Positions 51,604 to 60,000 of a DNA stretch of 60,000 nucleotides are shown piece after piece. Every line of letters begins with the position of its first letter. Within the stretch, counting starts at the first letter, position 1. The notes under the pieces are model-generated. The model ran no database searches and was not told the DNA's origin. It saw nothing but the letters and a program-made list of their open reading frames with translations. Source of the DNA: Lytechinus pictus (lineage: Eukaryota). A program made the translations under genes and the position numbers. Where the stretch lies: NCBI RefSeq assembly GCF_037042905.1, contig NC_087251.1, positions 44,642,001 to 44,702,000 of the forward strand, read 5' to 3'.

Positions 51604-52729
51604 TTAAAGGATGGGGTCGTTATGTTTCTCTCCTGGGTGCCCCACGAATATCCAATATAGTTCGGTATGAAATGAGGAAGGATTACAGGGAACACGATAT
51701 CCATCTTCATTGTGGTCAACTCTGATTGTTACACGAAGTTCTTGTCTAAGTTTTGACTCAGAAAATGCTTGTCTGACTTTCTTTCTATATTACACATATC
51801 ATTACGCATCTCAAAATCAATAATGCAGTCTGCACTCGTGCTCGTCAATCGCTGCAATATGCGGTCGTGCATTTGAGAGAGTACAGGTGTGTGTGGGTGT
51901 CGTGTGTGTGTGTTTATGTGGGAGGTCGGAAGGGTGATAGCAAGGATATTAATTTATTGTTAATTTCCTGATGATAACGATTTCTAATAATATTAGTCGC
52001 TTTTCCCTTTGAAAACGTGATATTACGAAAAGACATAGCCATACCGCTTTTCTTCCGACACGCCGTATTGATCGCGACGATATGCGTCTAGGAATTATAA
52101 TGAACACGCATGCTCTGGCGGTATTATGGGAGTTCGACTTCAACAGTCTTACTTATCCCAAGTTCGAGTTCATACTTGCATGAAACGTTTGAAAATAAAT
52201 TGGTTTATAACGTTGTTATAAAAGCATCAAATTCATCAATGATTGAATGAATGAAAAATGGAAATAACGGTTTTAATGACTAGTTAAACAACCGTATGAG
52301 AACTGTTGTTTACTGTATTCACTGATATTCTCTATCGGCACAATAACAGCACGACACCATCAGAACTGGTTTTGCACTAATTATTATTATCATTTTAACC
52401 ATTATCATTATTATCATATATATCATTATTGTTTTTTCATTAGTGCTATCATTAATATAATTACCATTCTTATTACTACTATTATTTTATTCATTCGCCC
52501 ATAAAAAACATACAAATTGTACAATGTAAATACAAAAATATAATTGTACAATGTTAATACAAAAATATAATTTGAATAAATAGAGTAAGCAGAGTAGCAG
52601 AAAAGAAAAAAAAGGTCAAAAAAATTGTTTCCCATGGCCCAGGGCTAAAAAAGTGAAATTCAATACTGTTGTCCAGAAGACATGTGAGCCCTCAAGGAAA
52701 ACCATTAAGAAAATATTGCACATTTACCA

Positions 52730-53029
52730 CACTGTTAGAAAATTTATCCTTAAAATAAAAGAAGTTCCTGCAGCAGAGTATCGATAACACCTGTAATCTT
52801 ACCAGATTGCGTAATCTTACATTATATCATGTAAAATTACAGGAAATTGGTATTTGGTGTATGGAACCTTACAAATTTCCTTAAATAAAACACCATTTTC
52901 CCCTTTTTAAACAGACCTGTTCAGTTAAATTGTAGAAAAATTCCTGTTTTATGAATTTACAAAATGATTCTGTAATTGCTTTCTGCAAAATCTAGTTTTT
53001 TCTGTAAAATCAGGTTTTTTTTAACAGTG
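52730..53029. mobile_element. EnSpm-like non-autonomous element, second copy
   Basis: Reverse complement of 31754-32038; TSD CA. Confidence 0.82.
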
Positions 53030-53221
53030 CAGTATATACAATTAATCAAATCAAATCAGAAGGTATGTACTGTACATCTAAACACATTTTTTAATTTACA
53101 AATTCTAAATGGAACCATGAACATTATCATTGTAGCTTGATAGACAACGTGAAAGGGGAAGCCGTCTAATAAAAACCGTGGAATGAAGTCAAGAGATGCG
53201 AGAGACAAGCTTCCCGATCAG

Positions 53222-54626
53222 GGGCTCGTAACACAAGAGTTAGCGATTAATCGTACGCTTGATTTTTACGATATATTGTACAATATAGTCAATGCAATCA
53301 ATCGTGGAAAAATGTTCTACGATCATAGCTAAGCTTTGTGTTACGGGTCCCTGGTAATACGAAGCTTGTCCACCGCGACGCAGGACGAATTCACGAACAC
53401 AGTAAATGTATCGAAACTGTCCGTCAAATGACAATAAACAGCTGGAAGGCTTGGTCAAAAATTGGTGCACCGGGACAGCAGTTCGTCCTAAGTCTCGAAG
53501 CAGATGCAAATACGTCGTTTGTCTATGCAGAGTCTAGGACGAATCTGCTGTTTTGCCTCACCATGCAATTTTCGACAAAGCCTTCTTGCCGGGTTGCTCA
53601 TTGTCAGGTAGGGCATTTGACAATACGTTTTTATGTTCTCGAAATCCTGCATCACGGTGCGAAAATCCCTGATTAAAAACAACCACGCGGCAAATCAGAG
53701 CGGTCCGCCGATGCGATGTATTATGACCTGGTGGATGTTTCATAAAGCTGTTCGTAAGATAAGAGCGACTTTAAGAACGACTGGTGATCATTTCTTTTGG
53801 TAAATGGTACACCATTGGCGATGGTTTAGCGCGTAAGAAAGGTTCACCAGTCGCTCTTAAAGTCGCTCTTAACTTACGAACAGCTTTATGAAACGGCCCC
53901 CAGGGCCCCCACCCCCACCCCCCTCTTACGAAGATTTACGATTGATCCGATCAACCACAACTATGGAAAGCCAACAACGCAAATATCTGAAATACATGTT
54001 TGTTCAAAGTGTTTTTTATGTATTCTGTATATTCATCATTTTCTTATAATTCAGTGTGCTTCTCTTTGTTTACAAAATACGTTGTGCTAAATCCCATTAG
54101 GAATAGATATGACATTGATGGATTTCCACACAGTTGAGGTTGATCGGATCAATCATAACTCTTTGTAAAACGGGGCCCTGGAGGTTTAGTTCTGTAATTA
54201 GGTAATGAGGTGACTTTATAGTACGAGTACCCTCTTACAAAAGAAAGCGATGCTCTATACGTGGGAAGCATCAAAGGTCGTTATCTCCCTTAGATCAAAC
54301 ATTGGTTTGGCAATTAGCGCAATTAATACGATTACGACGATCCTTGCTGACTGGAGTAGAGAATCACAGCGATATTTTAATCAAACAATTCTGAGTGTTA
54401 TAAAAGCTGTGTGCACAATTTACATTGACTGTACGATCACAACTTGTTTATTAAGAACCATGGAGCATATTAAGCATAGGATTTCTTGCGCTTTAAAAAG
54501 TTGATTACAAGCACCCACACTCACATATAAACCAGGGGTCCGTTGCAGAAAGAGTTGCAATCAATCGCAACTCTAAAAATGATTTTTTTACTTGCGTTTA
54601 AACGCAACTCTTTCTGCAACGGACCC
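53222..54626. mobile_element. Cluster of four Harbinger-like MITEs (53222-53350, 53731-53900, 53904-54177, 54536-54626)
   Basis: GG-starting TIRs with mostly CWG flanks. Confidence 0.8.
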
Positions 54627-56454
54627 CACACTCACATGCGTCGCAATCTCTATATCATCCTCTCTTCTCAGTCTCTCTCTCTCTCTCATACACGCACACA
54701 CACACACACACATAAACATTCACACCTTAACAAACACACACATGGGTCTAACGCACATTCTCCCACACACACTCACATCTTATATGCACGCGCTCTTAAT
54801 ACATATACCACACGTAAATATAGAATCCTCCCTGACATGCTACACACGCACACACCCATAATCTCTCTCCCCCTCTCTTCCCGTCTCCACCCTCTCTCTC
54901 TCTCTCTCTCTCGCTCTCTGCTTCAACTGAGAGATCGATCATGTTCTTCTTCGGGATCACACACCATGTCGTGAATTCCAAAATGCCATCTTTGGGGAAA
55001 ACGATTTTTCGACCAAATCGCCTATAAACATTTTTTTGTCACTTCGAAAACTTCCTCATCATGATTAACAGAGGCTCAGTTTACATCGACAATGCATATG
55101 ACTAGTTTTTAATCTTTTGAACCAAACTACAAATCATTGTCAATCATTTGTAACTTTCCTAATATTCACTAAATTTATTTATTAATCATGCTCTTTTTTG
55201 TTTGTAAATCTTTAGTCCCGACAGCTATTATGATTAAACAGCAATCTTTCATTTGTAGTCATATTCTTAATTTTACGTTAGCCGCTATGAAAACATGATG
55301 ATTCTGATTTTCTGAGTTTCTTTTCCTTGGGTTCATTTTATTGAAACGTGCTCACAATCCATAATATTTCAACACCACTATATCAATTTTCCAGTAATTA
55401 AAAAAATCTAAGAAGCCAAAACACACAAGGGGAGGAATCAAAGATCATCACCATTTTAGAATAAAAAAAAACATTGCGTGATGGAGCATGCCTCATCCTG
55501 GATATGAGCCAGGGTGTGTGTGTATACAGCGAGGACGGTTGGGTGAATATACATTGTATGGTATGTGTGCGTGTATACATTGCCAGCTGTATACTTTTTT
55601 TGAAAGAAAAAAAAAAGATCTTATAAACACCAAAACTTCATAAGAAGGAAGAATTGGGACTATATGGAAAGAGAAAGGGAGAGTGTGAAAGTTAACAAGA
55701 CTCATAAAAACAAATCGTCAAAAAAAAAAATGTGTCGATGCAGGAAGCTGCTAGCTGGATATCTTATAAACAATTACCAAACTCAATCCACCGAGAGCTT
55801 TTAATGCTTCAATATTCAAATGGTTTCTTTTCTTTCTTGTAAATCATATGAGCAACAACACGCGAGAGAAACAACTTTGGTAATCTTTCTTCAAACCGCA
55901 CTACTTTAAATTTGTACGATTTTTCATTTCGATCCATTGGCGTCCTCTTTACCGCTATCTTCCATGCGATTAAATCCTTTCACCACACGTACCTTCACGC
56001 TTCGTTTAAACTCATTTCAAAATGAAACACTTTCTCATTAGGGAATAATATTGTCGCTACGAAATTCTTCACGCGGAACTGGCTTTTGCAAGTGTTGTAT
56101 TCACATCCAGTATCCACATTTCGACAAAGCTTTCAATGTATCTCAGGGGCAGTGCCAGAATAATTTCTATAACGTGTGAGGCAAGATCACCTAACAATGG
56201 CGCCATTTTCTCCTGAACTGAATAACAAGAATATTATGTCGTTAAACAATTGAAATCTCTCCTTTTCATGCTCTTCATATTTCTTTCTTTCCCTTTCTAC
56301 TTTATTTTCACCCTTTTTTTTCTCCCCTTATCAGTAATCGGAAAATCATTGTGTGCGGTGGGGGCTCCCCTGCCCCCTTCGGCGACGCTATAGATTTATC
56401 TTCATTACAATACTTTGTAGGGTGTAAGCATAGTGCATTGTACGTCTTCAACTT

Positions 56455-56577
56455 TCAATATCATGATATCCTATGTACCTGGTATACGATTGATAATAAT
56501 TGTACATTTACAACTGTCAATATCAGGATATCCTATGTACCTGGTATACGATTAATAATAATTGTACATTTAACTGT
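56455..56577. repeat. 62-bp tandem duplication
   Basis: tcaatatca(t/g)gatatcctatgtacctggtatacgatt… x2. Confidence 0.9.
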
Positions 56578-56579
56578 GA

Positions 56580-56800
56580 TAAAAAGTTAGTGAACCCCTT
56601 CATAAAATGCACTCCTTAATGCTGAGTGTAAAATGTAAATAGCATCATACAATGTTCTGTGAGCCTATGGAAGCAAACTTGATTTAATGTAATATTTTAT
56701 CACCTGAAACCACAATTAAATATATAAAACATAGCAGAAATTGAAGACTAAAAAATATGTTCATTTTCGAGTGGGGTTCACTAACTTTTGAGCACCACTG
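56580..56800. mobile_element. Tc1/mariner-like MITE with eroded left end
   Basis: aaaagttagtgaacccc / ggggttcactaacttttgagcaccactg|TA. Confidence 0.7.
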
Positions 56801-56858
56801 TATATTGCGCAATATCTAAATGTATATAGTCAACTGCGCATGACAATAATGCAATTTT

Positions 56859-57072
56859 TATTATTACCCCGGCTATTATAGCTGTGCTGTCTACAGGCGC
56901 TCTGGCATTCGAGGAATTTCTTCATACCGGATACCCATTAACCTCACCTGGGTTGAGTGCAGCACAATGTGGGTAAATTTCTTGCTGAATGAAAACACGC
57001 CATGGCGGGGAATCGAACCCTCATCCCTCAGACTGAAAGATGAGAGTCATAACCGCTAAACCATGGCGCCCC
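56859..57072 (-). mobile_element. tRNA-derived SINE
   Basis: B-box ggttcgattccc on -; same central block as the other SINEs. Confidence 0.8.
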
Positions 57073-57094
57073 ACTTACGATTGAAAGAGACTAA

Positions 57095-58460
57095 GGGCCT
57101 TTTCATACGTGAATCTTGAATCATCATTGTAATCATGAATACAATTCGTCTTTAGAATCATCAGACCTTTCACACGCTCACTCGAAGACTGATTTGAATT
57201 CGAATTCCCGAGCGAAGGCGATATGTGTCCTTGGTAACTGACTGGTCAATCAAAGCACTGCATCGCAAATACAAACTCCGATGAGTGCATGACATTATTG
57301 TATTATCTATGGAAATTCTTGAATGGTCAAGTAAGCTCCGCCCCCAAAACGAAGATGTTTTGGAGGTCAAGCCTTTCACACGCAAAATTCGTACCGTAAT
57401 TTGAGTGAAACTCAACTGTAATTCACCTCCGGAGTAGAATTAGAACTCGTGATTGCGTTCGTTATTGTTCTAGTTTGGTTTCAAACGTGCAAAAAATTTG
57501 TCATTAGCCTTATTTTCACTGGAATCATCATTCAAATTCCGATTTTTTTTTTACCGTGTGAAGGGGCGGTAAGCCTCAAAACTTATTTTTTAAGCGGTTT
57601 CATGATTGAGGCAGTCTACATAATAGCTTTAATCAAATCTTCTTTCTTTATCTTTATCTTATATTTTTCTATTAAGCGCATAGAGACGCCCATGGGCAGT
57701 GATATGCGCTATATTATTATTATTATATTAAACCTATATACTGTTTATGAAACCCTCAAAGAGACTGGATATTTAAGCAGAACAGTGTTAGTGAAGATGA
57801 AAAACTATATCTATAAATCATATTAGAGAAATAAAGAGATGGAGACAGAAATAGAGAGAGGGAAGTCGTCGAGATTGAAAGTGTATGGTTAAAAAACGAC
57901 TTCTGAAAGAATTAGAGGCACAATAGGCAATCAAACAACGAGTAAAACAAATATGATTTTTTTAATGAATAAACGAAGGGAGGTAGCTCGGTAAATGCCC
58001 TTGACAATTCATCAAGGTACCAAATATTGGTAAGAGAGAGAGAGGGGGGGGGGTGAAAGAGAGAGAGAGAGGGGGGAGAAAGTGGGAGCAAACATGTTAA
58101 TTCCCCACGCTTTGTGATTCGTTTTTGTATACACGTTTAAAACTACATTCAGGCCTTTGTACATCAAAATTTCATTTGTAATCCCCATACTACTAGTATA
58201 CTGAAACTTATCGCCCTTTCACACCGGAAAAAAAATCATAATTCGTATACAGAGGATATCATTTGGGTGTGGAAACGACCCACAACGAACAACAACAACA
58301 ACTTAATTTGAATGATGATTCCAGTGAAAAATAAGGCTAGTGACGAATATTTAGCACGTGTGAAATCAAACTAGAATATGATTAGAATCACGACCGCTAA
58401 TCACAGTCATGATTAATCGTCATTACAATAATGATTGAAGATTCACGTGTGAAAAGGCCT
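57095..58460. mobile_element. Harbinger-like element(s) with TAA TSD; possibly two inverted copies (57095-57570 and 58212-58460)
   Basis: TAA|gggccttttcatacgtgaatctt … aagattcacgtgtgaaaaggcct|TAA; internal TIR-like ends at about 57570 and 58212. Confidence 0.65.
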
Positions 58461-59438
58461 TAAAACCTTTTCAGATTGCGCGCGTTTGAAATTTCATTAT
58501 CATGACTACTTTATTCTATTTTATTATCAGTCTCAGGACCGCAAATGATTAGGCAACCAGATCAGTATCGTATAGACGGGGTTGGTGGTGGGGCAATACC
58601 CCCACAATGTTCCACCACCTAGGGAAAAAGAAGAGAAAAAGAGACAAAATGAAGAAATATACTGTAAAGATCTATCTTAAAATCAGTTTTTCGCGTAAAA
58701 AGTTCAACGGCCTTGTGTTTTTCTCTTCTATTGCTCTCTTTTCCTATTTCATGCTATTTTGCCTGTCGGCCTTATATAAGGCCTTATGTGTGCCTCACGA
58801 GCTCTGTATGTTAGAACACAAATGTTGTATCTTTATACTGTGATGATTATATAATTTTGTTTTATCTATATTTGTGATGAGCTGCTTCATGAGTATGTGC
58901 ATTATCATTGGAATGTTTATATAGTATATATATTTTTTTTTTCATTATAATATTTAGTTTGGCTTGTGAAATAAAGATTAAACAAAGATGAATTGAATTG
59001 CATTGTTGAAAATGTTTTGCTTGATCGCTTCGGTTACTCGCTTTATTTTGAAAATCTTTTCCCTTACAGAGCGTTGGGCCCTTCAAAATATTTTTTTGCG
59101 CATATTTTTTTTTGCGTTTTACAAATTCGTTGAAAGGATATGATTGTATTCGCCTTCACCAAGACAATATACATCCCAATGAACACTTAGGTTTATCCTG
59201 CCAAAACCATTGTTACCGTAGATTTTCCCCTTAAATGTTCACTTGAGCTCAAGCCAATACCCAGTGTGGAAAAACCTTGCCCTTTAATTTAAATGAGGAA
59301 ACTTAATAAAATGCGAGATGCTCGTGGTTCCATATTCACCCCCCAAGAATGCAACAGACACATTAGGATGTTTGTATTCCGAACTATATTAGAACTGTTG
59401 AACCATTCATGAGCATGGATGATTATTTGCACGGTAAC

Positions 59439-59708
59439 AATTTAGATTTCGATAATTACTTTGTATTGACAAGGTCGTGCTAAAATAGGATTGCATGTTT
59501 GCAAACTGTGATAAAAGGATTATTAGATAAATGCTGGAAACCCAGATCGCATTCCTACGTTTCCGTATTCCAAATAGACAAGAAAGGTATCGAATAACAC
59601 AGATAGATTCGAGATATTATTCATTACGTGGGGGTCTTGTAGAGTGTAATGTGCATATGATCTTGATAAAATTAGGTTAAAAAAATATAATGTGTTTTAA
59701 TCTTTCTC

Positions 59709-59755
<47 letters not shown>

Positions 59756-59880
59756 ATCCTTTTATCACAGATTGCAAACATGCAATCCTATTTTAGCACG
59801 ACCTTGTCAATACAAACTAATTATCGAAATCTAAATTATGAAGGAGACCCGTACACGTACATCGCCGAGATTGATCACAC
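59439..59880. repeat. 84-bp inverted duplication (59439-59522 / 59754-59837) around (TA)n, followed by a 47-bp PLE-associated fragment
   Basis: Arms differ at 2 positions; 59834-59880 matches 46063-46109 with 1 mismatch. Confidence 0.88.
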
Positions 59881-60000
59881 ACACACACATTATTTTATTA
59901 TTTGATTTCTTAACGACAAATACAGAACGTGCGATTATCCGCAGGCTAAATTACCAATGCATTTGGTAGACGTGCTTTGGAGAATTGGGATTTATTAGAG

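Noticed and set aside
50760..52160. Possible exon(s) of an unidentified gene
   Set aside because: The ORF at 51495-51719 runs into a transposon; no homology or consistent splice pair was recognised.

Overview
AT-rich, repeat-dense animal genomic DNA; the repeat landscape suggests a sea urchin or other echinoderm, which is an inference. Two convergent host genes can be reconstructed with canonical GT-AG junctions. The first is the last four coding exons of ZFYVE1/DFCP1 (+, 1-3997, two FYVE zinc fingers). The second is a complete 7-exon TRPT1 (tRNA 2'-phosphotransferase, -, 17623-11138, 204 aa). From about 18 kb onward I found no recognisable host gene, only tRNA-derived SINEs, a CR1/L2-type LINE remnant, many non-autonomous DNA transposons (PIF/Harbinger-, Kolobok-, Tc1/mariner- and EnSpm-like) and microsatellites. 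The most notable structure is a 3-kb cluster (43700-46701) of three different Penelope-like retroelement (PLE) remnants around (TA)n/(CA)n tracts. It contains a 5'-truncated RT + GIY-YIG ORF, three inverted pseudo-LTR pairs, and five complete plus one half minimal hammerhead-ribozyme motifs. A 47-bp piece adjoining that element recurs at 59834, beside an inverted duplication. There is also a repeat-spacer-like micro-array of tiny hairpin insertions at 38320-38403.
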